64,000 nucleotides of DNA from an uncultured Rubrivirga sp. (GTDB taxonomy: Bacteria; Actinomycetota; Actinomycetes; S36-B12): assembly GCA_964595675.1 (NCBI GenBank), contig CAZQRR010000002.1, forward strand, positions 8,246-72,245. The letters are read 5' to 3'. This document shows positions 54,927 through 63,674 of this stretch, in pieces. Under the pieces are notes generated by a model. It worked only from the letters and a program-made list of their open reading frames with translations, ran no database searches and was not told where the DNA came from. The position numbers and the translations under genes were made by a program. Numbering within the stretch: the stretch's first letter is position 1; every line of letters begins with the position of its first letter.

Positions 54927-56516
54927 GTGACCGAGTACTTCGACTGCGTCATCGTCGGTGCGGGCTTCTCCGGCCTAGCCATGCTGGCGCATATCAGGGA
55001 GACCGGCCTGCAATGCGTCGTGGTTGATCGTCAAGATGGTGTCGGTGGAACCTGGCGCGCCAACCGGTACCCCGGCGTGCGCACGGATAGCGACTACCCG
55101 ATCTACTCGTTCTCTTTCTCTCCCGAGGTGCGCGACGAGTGGCGCTGGACCCAGCGTTATGCGACGGGAGCTGAGGTGCTCGCGTACCTGGAATTCGTCT
55201 CCGATCGCCTCGACCTGCGGCGCGACATGCGCTTCGGCATGGATCTGCAACGCGCCGAGTTCCGTGGCGGCCTCTGGCATCTCACATTCGCCGACGCACG
55301 CACCATGAGTTGTCGGTATCTGATCTCCGGCATGGGCATCCTCGATCAACCCGTCTGGCCCAACGTTCCCGGCCTGGACACATTCGAAGGCACACTGCTC
55401 CACTCGATGCAGTGGCCCAGCGAGGGAGTTGATCTCGCCGGGAAGCGCGTGGGGCTCATCGGACTCGGCTCCTCCGGCCTACAGATCCTCCCCGCCATCG
55501 CACCGGCATGCGGTGAAGTCTTCGTCTTCCAGCGACAACCGAACTACGTGGTCGACAGCACCTTCTTCCCGGTCTCCGACGAGGAAATGGCGGCGACCCG
55601 CCGCGATTACGACCTGATCTGGGATCGGGCCAAGGCGCACCCGTTCGGTGTGGACATGTTCGTGCCGGAACACGGAGCGATGGATGTGGACGACCACGAA
55701 CGCCGGCGGATCTTCGAATCCAAGTGGCAGGAGGGCGGTCACCACTTTGCCAACGAGACATTCCATGACCTCGCCACTGACATCACAGCTAGTCAGGCAG
55801 CATCGGACTTCATCCGAAGCAAGATCCGCGAAATCGTCACGGACCCGGTGACTGCGGAGCTCCTGTGCCCCACGGACTACTCGTTCAATGGCAAGCGCGT
55901 TCCCACCGGGCACCGGTACTACGAGACCTACAACCGATCGAACGTGCATCTCATCGACGTCAAGTCCGTGCCGATCACCCGTGTAACACGCGATTCCATC
56001 GTTGTCGGGGACGTCGAATTTCCCCTGGACGTGTTGATCTGCGCCACAGGTTTCGACGCAATGACCGGACCTCTCACCCGCATCGACATCGTCGGGCGAG
56101 ACGGCATCACACTGCGGGACAAGTGGGCAGGGGGTATCAGCACGAACCTCGGCATCTCCGTCCATGGATTCCCGAATTTCTTCATGTCGATCGGCCCCCA
56201 GACGCCGTACAGCAACCTCCCGGTGCCCATCCAGCTCGGCGCGCAGTGGGTCACCCGAGCTCTTCAGTTCGCCGAACGCAACGGCGTCGAACTCGAGGCA
56301 ACCCCGGAGTCGGAGGAATGGTGGGCCGCCGAGGTCGACAAGGCTGGACGGCAGACCGTCATGTACGAGGAAGGCCTCAAGGCCAAGGCCTGGTTCTTCG
56401 GGGCGAATGTCCCCGGTAAGCCGCGCGAACTCCTCGTCTACATGGGGGGCGGCCAGAAGTACCAGGAGTTTTGCCGGCAGGCCGAGGCCGACGACTACGC
56501 CACATTCAGAGCCTGA
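54927..56516 (+). CDS. Baeyer-Villiger (type I flavin) monooxygenase
   Basis: FAD fold VIVGAGFSG, GGTWRANRYPGVRTDS, the BVMO fingerprint FEGTLLHSMQWP and an NADPH fold GLIGLGSSG. 529 aa. Confidence 0.85.
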   Translation: MTEYFDCVIVGAGFSGLAMLAHIRETGLQCVVVDRQDGVGGTWRANRYPGVRTDSDYPIYSFSFSPEVRDEWRWTQRYATGAEVLAYLEFVSDRLDLRRDMRFGMDLQRAEFRGGLWHLTFADARTMSCRYLISGMGILDQPVWPNVPGLDTFEGTLLHSMQWPSEGVDLAGKRVGLIGLGSSGLQILPAIAPACGEVFVFQRQPNYVVDSTFFPVSDEEMAATRRDYDLIWDRAKAHPFGVDMFVPEHGAMDVDDHERRRIFESKWQEGGHHFANETFHDLATDITASQAASDFIRSKIREIVTDPVTAELLCPTDYSFNGKRVPTGHRYYETYNRSNVHLIDVKSVPITRVTRDSIVVGDVEFPLDVLICATGFDAMTGPLTRIDIVGRDGITLRDKWAGGISTNLGISVHGFPNFFMSIGPQTPYSNLPVPIQLGAQWVTRALQFAERNGVELEATPESEEWWAAEVDKAGRQTVMYEEGLKAKAWFFGANVPGKPRELLVYMGGGQKYQEFCRQAEADDYATFRA

Positions 56517-56528
56517 TCACGAATCCCC

Positions 56529-56557
56529 TTGACCCATCGGGTATGCCCGTCTAGTGT
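56529..56557 (+). promoter_or_regulatory. Candidate promoter TTGACC-N17-TAGTGT
   Basis: TTGACC lies at 56529-34, a 17-nt spacer follows, and TAGTGT lies at 56552-57, 42 nt upstream of ATG 56599. Confidence 0.45.
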
Positions 56558-56588
56558 GAGATCGATTCCACATGGGATCGATCTCACA
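56555..56588. promoter_or_regulatory. 12-bp perfect inverted repeat TGTGAGATCGAT-N10-ATCGATCTCACA
   Basis: The arms lie at 56555-56566 and 56577-56588. The left arm overlaps the candidate -10 hexamer and the right arm abuts the RBS AAGGAGGA (56588-95). Confidence 0.6.
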
Positions 56589-56598
56589 AGGAGGACGA

Positions 56599-57477
56599 AT
56601 GCCTACGGTTCTGACCGACGCCCAGATGGCCGACTACGAGCGCGACGGGTTCCTGGTGATTCCCGACGTGATCTCCCCTGAGGAGATCGCCGATCTCCAG
56701 GCGGTCACCAACGAGTTCGTCGAGCGTTCGCGTAACTTCACCGAGCACACCGAGGTGTTTGACCTCGAGCCCGCGCACACCCCGGAGAAGCCCCTGCTGC
56801 GCCGGGTCAAGACTCCCGAGAAGTGGCACCCCACGTACGCGAGCATGGTGCGCCATCCGAAGATCCTGGGAGCTCTCGAGGATCTCTGGGGTACGGGAAT
56901 CCGCTACCAGACATCCAAGCTCAACATGAAGGTCGCCGGCCACGGATCCTCACTGGAGTGGCACCAAGATTGGGCCTTCTACCCGCACACGAATGAGGAT
57001 CTCGCGGTGGTCGGCATCATGATCGATGACATCGACGAAGACAACGGAGCGATGATGATCGTGCCGGGCTCTCACCGCGGACCCATCGAGGATCACTCCT
57101 ACGACGGAATCTTCACGGGCGGCATCGATCCAACCAAGGCCAGCACCGACTTCTCGAAGGCGATCTCCGTCTGCGGAAAGGCCGGCTCGATCAGCATCCA
57201 TCACGTGCGTGCCATCCACGGTGGGCCCGCCAACCGCTCGGGCCGCGATCGCCGCTACTTCCTCCTTCAGTACACCGCAGCCGACGCGTGGCCGCTCATG
57301 GACAAGATGGATTGGAACTCCTGGCGCGCGAATCTGCTCACGGGCGAGGAGACCTGGACCCCTCGCATGGAGGCACTCCCGGTTCGGCTTCCGCTACCCG
57401 AGCCGACGCACGGGGGTTCGATCTATGAGAACCAGCGCGATTTGAAGTCCCGTTACTTCGAAGATGCCGTCTCCTAG
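56599..57477 (+). CDS. Phytanoyl-CoA dioxygenase (PhyH)-family Fe(II)/2-oxoglutarate oxygenase
   Basis: ATG 56599. YERDGFLVIP, an LEWHQDWAF (HxD) motif and ...HHVRAIHGG. 292 aa. Confidence 0.75.
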   Translation: MPTVLTDAQMADYERDGFLVIPDVISPEEIADLQAVTNEFVERSRNFTEHTEVFDLEPAHTPEKPLLRRVKTPEKWHPTYASMVRHPKILGALEDLWGTGIRYQTSKLNMKVAGHGSSLEWHQDWAFYPHTNEDLAVVGIMIDDIDEDNGAMMIVPGSHRGPIEDHSYDGIFTGGIDPTKASTDFSKAISVCGKAGSISIHHVRAIHGGPANRSGRDRRYFLLQYTAADAWPLMDKMDWNSWRANLLTGEETWTPRMEALPVRLPLPEPTHGGSIYENQRDLKSRYFEDAVS

Positions 57478-58510
57478 TTCGACGCTGGCACCCCGGGTCA
57501 CGACCCTGATCGACGTGGCCCGGGATGCCGGGGTCTCGCGCGCGACTGCATCCCGGGTCCTTACCGGTTCACCCCGGGTGTCGCCCAGCGCACGTGATCG
57601 GGTGCTCGCATCGGCGGAGCGTCTGCAGTACCGGGTCAACGCTGCCGCACGCAGCCTGCGTACCGCCCGTACTGGTCTCGTCGGGCTCCTGATTCCCGGC
57701 TTCCGCAACGATCTCTACGGTCCACTCGCGGATCGTCTCGACGAGCGACTCCGCGAAAGAGGGCTCAGCGTCGTGATCGGCAGTTCAGGCTGGTCCGCCG
57801 ACGGAGACCTCCGGGTACTCGAGTCCTTCGCAGCACAACGACTCGACGCGGTGATCATCGCCCCACGCTCAGATCGCTCAAAGGCGCTTGCTGCCTACCT
57901 CGGCGGTCTCAGCTGCCCCGCGGTCTTCTTGGACCGCGATTTCGTGGGTTTGCAGCGCGACGCAGTCGTGACTGATCTTCGTGCAGGCATCACCGAGGCG
58001 ATGGGGGCCTTGGCCGCTCTCGGCCACCGTCGCATCGCCGTGAGCGCCTATGGCGCCGAACTCCGACCAGGGCGTGAGGTTCGTGCCGGCTTCGCAGATG
58101 CCATCGCTCGCTTCGGTCTCGAGAACGACCCGACTCTTCTCGTGGAGATGTCCGACCTGAACGCTGAGGCCGGCGAAGCGGTGGCCGAAAGAGTAATCGG
58201 GTCGGACGCGACCGCTGCCGTGATCGGTGGGCCCACGTCCTTGCTCGCGCGGGCACTGCGCCGATTACGCGAGCTCCTCGGACCCGATCCGTTTCCGGGC
58301 AGGCTGTCCGTCGTCGCGGTGGGTGACGAGGCTCTCGCCGACATACACGAGCCTGCGCTTGCGCTTGTGACGCGGCCGGTGGAACGCATTGCGGATGCGG
58401 TCGCAGACCAACTCCTGCGTCGACTCGAAGAGCCGTCGAGCCCGGTCGAGTCGATCACGATTCCCCTGGCGTTTCGACCGGGCCCATCGATCGGGCCGCC
58501 GACCTACTAA
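57464..58510 (+). CDS. LacI-family transcriptional regulator
   Basis: HTH TLIDVARDAGVSRATASRVLTG...VSPSARDRVLASAERLQYRVNAAARSLR plus a periplasmic-binding-fold domain. The start is uncertain and the ORF overlaps the PhyH 3' end. Confidence 0.8.
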   Translation: MPSPSSTLAPRVTTLIDVARDAGVSRATASRVLTGSPRVSPSARDRVLASAERLQYRVNAAARSLRTARTGLVGLLIPGFRNDLYGPLADRLDERLRERGLSVVIGSSGWSADGDLRVLESFAAQRLDAVIIAPRSDRSKALAAYLGGLSCPAVFLDRDFVGLQRDAVVTDLRAGITEAMGALAALGHRRIAVSAYGAELRPGREVRAGFADAIARFGLENDPTLLVEMSDLNAEAGEAVAERVIGSDATAAVIGGPTSLLARALRRLRELLGPDPFPGRLSVVAVGDEALADIHEPALALVTRPVERIADAVADQLLRRLEEPSSPVESITIPLAFRPGPSIGPPTY

Positions 58511-59310
58511 CCCGGGGGCATCGGTGGATCGCCGGCACCGGGGATGCTCTGATCGAAGTGCACGATCGACCCCGTCATCAGACCGGATTGCGGTCCGGCG
58601 AGGAAGGCGATCGCGCGGGCCAACTCGTCGACCTTGATGAGACGCCCGAAGGGCTGCATCACTTCGGCGCGCGCCAACCAGCCAGCGTCCTCGCCGTGGT
58701 GGTCGAGTCGCGTCGCATGCTCCCCCGGGGTGTCGATCCATCCAGGCCCGATTCCATTGACGCGTATTCGATCGCGAACAACCGCATACGCGGCGTTACG
58801 GGTCACGGCGTTGAGGGCAGCCTTAGACGCTGAGTAGGCGGCGAGGAAGTCGGGACCACCCGTGGCGACGACTGAGGAGACGTTCACGATGCTTCCGCCG
58901 TTTCCATTCCGGCGCATCACCGCGATCGCCTCGCGCATCAACACCATGGGGCCACGCACATTGATGGCGAAGACCTCGTCGATGTCCTTCGCCAAGGAAT
59001 CCACGATGGAGCCACGCTTGGTCGTGCCACCCGCATTCACCAGAACATCGACGCGTCCGAACTTTCGATCTGCCGCCGCGATCACCGACTCGCACTCAGA
59101 CTCTGATTCCAAACGAGCCTGCACGAACACGGCGGGAGCGCCAGCTGCCTCCAGGGAGTTGCGGACGGATTCGCCTCGCTCGGGATTGCGTCCACAGATG
59201 ACGATCCCAGCCGCCCCGTTGATCGCGAAGTGGCGCGCGGTGGCCTCGCCAACGCCCTGGGTTCCCCCGGTGACGACGCACACCTTGCCGTCGAAGTCAT
59301 GATCGGACAT
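58507..59310 (-). CDS. SDR-family oxidoreductase
   Basis: FDGKVCVVTGGTQGVGEA, NAGG, YSASKAA, GPGWIDTPG. 267 aa. Its 3' end overlaps the LacI 3' end by 4 nt. Confidence 0.8.
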   Translation of the reverse strand: MSDHDFDGKVCVVTGGTQGVGEATARHFAINGAAGIVICGRNPERGESVRNSLEAAGAPAVFVQARLESESECESVIAAADRKFGRVDVLVNAGGTTKRGSIVDSLAKDIDEVFAINVRGPMVLMREAIAVMRRNGNGGSIVNVSSVVATGGPDFLAAYSASKAALNAVTRNAAYAVVRDRIRVNGIGPGWIDTPGEHATRLDHHGEDAGWLARAEVMQPFGRLIKVDELARAIAFLAGPQSGLMTGSIVHFDQSIPGAGDPPMPPG

Positions 59311-59324
59311 CCATTCCCCTTCGC

Positions 59325-60611
59325 TCAGGTGCGGGGAGCCAGTGCTGCGGCACCAGCGTAGGCAAGGTCATGCGCCTGCTCGAGGTAAAGCAAGCGATTC
59401 CATTTGGCTGTTCGCTCCGAACGCATTGTTGAGCCGACCTTGATCTGGCCCGCGCCGGTTCCCGTCGCGAGATCCGCCAGCCACGTCTCCTCCGTCTCCC
59501 CGGACCGCGCCGACACCACCGGCGCCCACCCGACCGACAGCGCCCGCTGCACTACACGAAGAGCCTGTTCGAGTGTCCCGGCCTGGTTCGGCTTCGCCAG
59601 GACAGAGTTCGCCTCCTCGCGCTCGATTCCCATGTCCAGCCGGGTTACCGTGGTGACGTAGCGATCGTCGCCGAGGATCTGGGTCGAGTTCACGAGCATC
59701 GCGAGACGCGACCACCCCTCGTCGTCGTCCTCCCCTGCACCGTCCTCGATCGAGACGATCGGGTAATCCCGACGCCAGCCGATCACACGATCGACGAACT
59801 GGGAGGGGGTCAGGGTCTCCCCGCCCATGCGGTAACCACCAGGAACCTGGCACTCGGTGGCGGCGACGTCGAGCGCGATCGACATTTCCGCCCCAGGTCG
59901 AAGACCGGCGCGACTGATCCCATCGACAACCGCCTCGATCGCCCGTTCATTTGTCGCGAACGGAGCCGCCAGGCCACCTTCGTCGGCGACGAGTGCCGTA
60001 GTAAAACCCATGCCGTCGAGAACTTCCCGCGTTCCGGCGCGCACCTTCCAACACCACTCGATCGCTTGCGCGAACGACTCGGCCCCCACCGGGACGACAA
60101 GGACGTCCTGGATGTCGATCAGACTTCCCGCATGTGCACCGCCGGAGATGATGTTCACCATCGGGAGAGGGATGCTGGGCGTCGCACCCGTGCGACCAGC
60201 CAGCCACCGCCACGGCTCCTCAGCAGCAGCATCCGCGGCCGCTAGCCACGCGGCGATACTCACCGCCGTGCCCACATTCCCACCCAGCGATGACAGCTGC
60301 GGATTGGAGTCCAGTGCACGGAGCGCTGCATCAATGTCAGCCGGGTTGTTGGCGTCGCGACCGATCAATGTCTCGCGGACTCGGTTCTCCATCGACCGTG
60401 CATGGCCGCGGACCGATTTCCCGCCATACTCGTCACGATTTCCATCGCGAATGAAGATCGCCTCATGGGAGCCAGCGCTGGCACCTGCCGGAGCGAGTGC
60501 GACTCCGACACCGCCACTGACGACGACGCGTGCTGAGATCGTCGGATTGCCGCGCGAATCAAGCGCCTGCCACAGGCCAACTTCGCAGATGGGGAGAGTC
60601 ACGTAATCCAA
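59325..60611 (-). CDS. Enolase-family protein (divergent paralogue of phosphopyruvate hydratase)
   Basis: 428 aa with DSRGNPTISARV, GASAGSHEAIFIRDG, ADEGGLA, ALDVAATE, SIEDG, LGDD, KPNQAGT and SARSGETEE. It deviates from the canonical FQEFMI (here IQDVLV) and SHRSGETED (here SAR...). Confidence 0.7.
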   Translation of the reverse strand: MDYVTLPICEVGLWQALDSRGNPTISARVVVSGGVGVALAPAGASAGSHEAIFIRDGNRDEYGGKSVRGHARSMENRVRETLIGRDANNPADIDAALRALDSNPQLSSLGGNVGTAVSIAAWLAAADAAAEEPWRWLAGRTGATPSIPLPMVNIISGGAHAGSLIDIQDVLVVPVGAESFAQAIEWCWKVRAGTREVLDGMGFTTALVADEGGLAAPFATNERAIEAVVDGISRAGLRPGAEMSIALDVAATECQVPGGYRMGGETLTPSQFVDRVIGWRRDYPIVSIEDGAGEDDDEGWSRLAMLVNSTQILGDDRYVTTVTRLDMGIEREEANSVLAKPNQAGTLEQALRVVQRALSVGWAPVVSARSGETEETWLADLATGTGAGQIKVGSTMRSERTAKWNRLLYLEQAHDLAYAGAAALAPRT

Positions 60612-60615
60612 TCGG

Positions 60616-61503
60616 TCAGGCCATACCGATAGCGGACATGTAACGGCGCGTGCTCACGGCGATCGGGTATGGACGATCGAACGCGGTTGGGTACAGATCC
60701 TGCTCGACGATCCCGATTCCATCGAAACCGACCTCATCGAGAACTTGCCGGAAGGCCACGAAATCAATCACACCGTCCTTGGGTTCAGTGAAGGCCCCCA
60801 TCTTCACTGCCTCAGCGAATGGGATCCCCGCGGCCGCGACCTCCGCACGAATCCCTTGGTCGACGCTCTTGATGTGCAGGTAGGGAATCCGATCGTGGTG
60901 GTTGCGCATGAAGGACACGGGATCACCGCCGCAATAGGCGTGGTGGCCCGTGTCCAAGCACATGCTCACTAGTTCCGGATCGGTCATCTCGAGATAGCGC
61001 TCGATCTGATCCTCCCGCTCGATGTTGGTCTGGGCGTGCGGATGGAATGCCGCCTTTAGGCCGTATCTCTCGGAGACATATGCACCGATGCGATTGGAGT
61101 TTCCAACAAGGGTGGCCCACTCCTTCTCCGAGAGTTCCGAATCGGCAATCTGCTCGCCAGTGAAGAGGTCGGTGTACATACTCTCGATGAGTACACAGAA
61201 CTCGGCACCAAGGGCCTGGAGCAGGGGCGCCGCGCTGTCGATCTCAGCTATGCGTTCTTCGTAGGCGCCCGGGGCGTGCAAATTGCCGAAGATGAAGCCA
61301 CCGCTGAGCTGGAAGTCGTAGGCATCCAGCAGACCCCTCAAGTGCTCAGGGTCGGTCGGAAGATAGCCGTAGGGGCCGAGTTCGATCGTGCGATACCCAG
61401 CACGACTCGCCTCATCGAGGAATTGCTCGAAGGGTGGCTGATGTGGGTCACTGGGAAACCAGACACCCCACGAATCCGGTCCGATGCCCAGTTCGAACCT
61501 CAT
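60616..61503 (-). CDS. Sugar phosphate isomerase/epimerase-family TIM-barrel protein
   Basis: ATG 61503 behind GAGGAGG (MRFELGIGPDSWGVWF...). ...FHPHAQT...DTGHHAY...HIKS. The ORF-track start at 61530 is rejected. Confidence 0.7.
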   Translation of the reverse strand: MRFELGIGPDSWGVWFPSDPHQPPFEQFLDEASRAGYRTIELGPYGYLPTDPEHLRGLLDAYDFQLSGGFIFGNLHAPGAYEERIAEIDSAAPLLQALGAEFCVLIESMYTDLFTGEQIADSELSEKEWATLVGNSNRIGAYVSERYGLKAAFHPHAQTNIEREDQIERYLEMTDPELVSMCLDTGHHAYCGGDPVSFMRNHHDRIPYLHIKSVDQGIRAEVAAAGIPFAEAVKMGAFTEPKDGVIDFVAFRQVLDEVGFDGIGIVEQDLYPTAFDRPYPIAVSTRRYMSAIGMA

Positions 61504-61571
61504 GCGGCCTCCTCGCAGGAAAGATTGCAAACAGTCAGCACTAGGCTACCAGTGTCATTACACTTCGCACG

Positions 61572-62354
61572 GTGACTGGTCGTAGCCCCACGGAATTCAA
61601 ATCCGCGGTTCGTCGGGGCGAATTTCTACTCGGCACCTGGGTCACCTCCAGCGACTCGATGATCGTCGAGGTTGTTGCATCAGCTTCCTTCGACTTCCTG
61701 ATCCTCGATGCCGAGCACGGACCCGTCACTCCCGCGTCGGCACTCACGACGCAGATTGTCGCCGACCGGACCGGGGTACCCCTGATAGTCCGTGTCCCAT
61801 CGATCGATCCCGTCCCGATCATGGCTGCCCTGGACTTCGGCGCTGCAGGGATTCTCGTTCCGCGGGTCACCTCCGTGGACGAGGCCGAGATTGCGGCACA
61901 ACTTGCGTACTACCCACCTGCCGGCTCGCGGGGATTCGGTCCGCGCCGCGTCTCGAACTACTTGCGTGACGTCGATTCCTACGTGGCGCGGGCGACAGAG
62001 TCCACGACGGTGGTCGTCCAGATCGAGACCCAGGGTGCGCTAGATGACCTCGATGCGATCCTTGCCCTCCCCCAGGTCGATGCGATCCTCGTGGGCCGCA
62101 ACGATCTCGCGATGGAACTTGGGCTCCCGCGCGACCCGAACAATGCAGACCTCAGCGCCATCACATCGGACGTCTTGACGCGCGCCCGCGCCGCAGGCAA
62201 AGCTGCGGGCCTGGCTACTTCGGCTCTGGCCAATGCCGCAATGACAGCGCAGGAACTGGGAGCCACCATGGTCGCGGCGGGTATCGATCTTGAGTTTCTG
62301 GCGCGCGCAGTCGATGGCTTCATCTCCGACATCCGGTCGAGAGGTGCACAGTGA
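61572..62354 (+). CDS. HpcH/HpaI-family aldolase
   Basis: SFDFLILDAEHG...LIVRVP...GILVPRV...IETQGA...AILVGRNDL. 260 aa. Confidence 0.8.
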   Translation: MTGRSPTEFKSAVRRGEFLLGTWVTSSDSMIVEVVASASFDFLILDAEHGPVTPASALTTQIVADRTGVPLIVRVPSIDPVPIMAALDFGAAGILVPRVTSVDEAEIAAQLAYYPPAGSRGFGPRRVSNYLRDVDSYVARATESTTVVVQIETQGALDDLDAILALPQVDAILVGRNDLAMELGLPRDPNNADLSAITSDVLTRARAAGKAAGLATSALANAAMTAQELGATMVAAGIDLEFLARAVDGFISDIRSRGAQ

Positions 62355-62364
62355 GGAGAGTCGC

Positions 62365-62763
62365 GTGAAGTTATGGAACGTCGGCGGCAAAGTCCCCGAC
62401 CTGGACGCCGAAGAAGCTTTCCTCCGCGCCATGGGGGCTGACGTCTCCGGTCGACAACCGGTCTTCGTCAATGGACAACAAGGGGAGCTCCTGTTCACCC
62501 AAGTCGGCGATACCCGGGTGCTTGTCTTCGAGGAGGTCAACTACGAGCGCGAGCTGGAACATCCGCTCAAATTCGGATGGACCCACATAGTCTTCGAGGT
62601 CGACGACTTCGACTCGGCTTTCGATCGACTTCACGGCGCTGGCGGCAAGGTGATTCAAGGTCCGGCAGTCGTGGATGCAACCTTTTCGCGCCGAAAGATC
62701 GCATTCTTCGAAAGTCCAGGGGGATGCATTTACGAAGTCTTCAGCGAACTAACGCGAGACTGA
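62365..62763 (+). CDS. VOC / glyoxalase-family protein (small)
   Basis: GTG 62365 behind GAGGAGAG. ...GWTHIVFEVDDFDSAFDRL...FFESPGGCIYEV. The ORF-track start at 62290 is rejected. Confidence 0.6.
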   Translation: MKLWNVGGKVPDLDAEEAFLRAMGADVSGRQPVFVNGQQGELLFTQVGDTRVLVFEEVNYERELEHPLKFGWTHIVFEVDDFDSAFDRLHGAGGKVIQGPAVVDATFSRRKIAFFESPGGCIYEVFSELTRD

Positions 62764-62774
62764 CCAAGCGGACG

Positions 62775-63659
62775 ATGACGACACAACCCTGGCACGCGTC
62801 TGCGACCTTCGCCTATTCCTACAACATGGTGACCTACGGCAGCGAGGATCCCCGAAGGGGGCTCGATCGGATTGCAAATGCCGGGTACGAGCGAGTGGAA
62901 TTATCGGGGGATCCAGTCGGCATGACAGCCGGGCAACTGCGCGAGGCGATCAACCAACGAGGACTCGGCGTGAGTTCGATCTCCTCGCTGCTCGGCCCAG
63001 ATCGAGACCTCTGCCATGTCGATCCGGCAATACGTCGCAACGCGCGCGCGTATCTCCTGGGTCTGATCGAGATGGCGAACGTGGTTGGTTCGCCGATCAT
63101 CAATGTCCACCCGAGCTCGGTGAATCGCACCGAGGTTCTGTCAAGTACCGCCCAAGAGTGGGAGTGGTCGGTGACCGGGCTGCGCGAACTTGCCGAGCAA
63201 GCCGATGGTGTCTGCCAACTGGCCATCGAGCCCTGGAACCGATACGAGACCCATCTGATCAATACCGTCGACCAAGCGGTCGACTTAGTTCGCGCCATCG
63301 GCCACCCATCGGTCTGCGTAATGGGGGATACATTCCACATGGGTATCGAGGAAAGCGATCCGATCGGGACCCTTCGGCGGGCCGCTCCCGTTCTTCGGCA
63401 CATGCACCTAGCTGACAACACCCGAGCCGCACCCGGAACCGGCACTACGGACTTCGAACCGTATGTGCGCACCCTCATCGAAATCGACTACCCCGGGACG
63501 GTCACCTTCGAATTATTTCCCGCCAAGGCACGCCCACTCGAGTCTGTGCTCAGCGGAGAGGCCCCGGAGTTCCTGGATGAGTTCACTCGGTCATCAGTTG
63601 AGCATCTACGGGCCGTCGAGCGCAAAGTTCGCGAAGACCTAATCGGAATCATCGTTTAG
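62775..63659 (+). CDS. Sugar phosphate isomerase/epimerase-family TIM-barrel protein
   Basis: ATG 62775 (MTTQPWHASATFAYSYN...). ...GYERVELSG...IEPWNRYET...GDTFHM...HMHLADN. The ORF-track start at 62577 is rejected. Confidence 0.7.
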   Translation: MTTQPWHASATFAYSYNMVTYGSEDPRRGLDRIANAGYERVELSGDPVGMTAGQLREAINQRGLGVSSISSLLGPDRDLCHVDPAIRRNARAYLLGLIEMANVVGSPIINVHPSSVNRTEVLSSTAQEWEWSVTGLRELAEQADGVCQLAIEPWNRYETHLINTVDQAVDLVRAIGHPSVCVMGDTFHMGIEESDPIGTLRRAAPVLRHMHLADNTRAAPGTGTTDFEPYVRTLIEIDYPGTVTFELFPAKARPLESVLSGEAPEFLDEFTRSSVEHLRAVERKVREDLIGIIV

Positions 63660-63674
63660 ATCGGAAGGACAACC

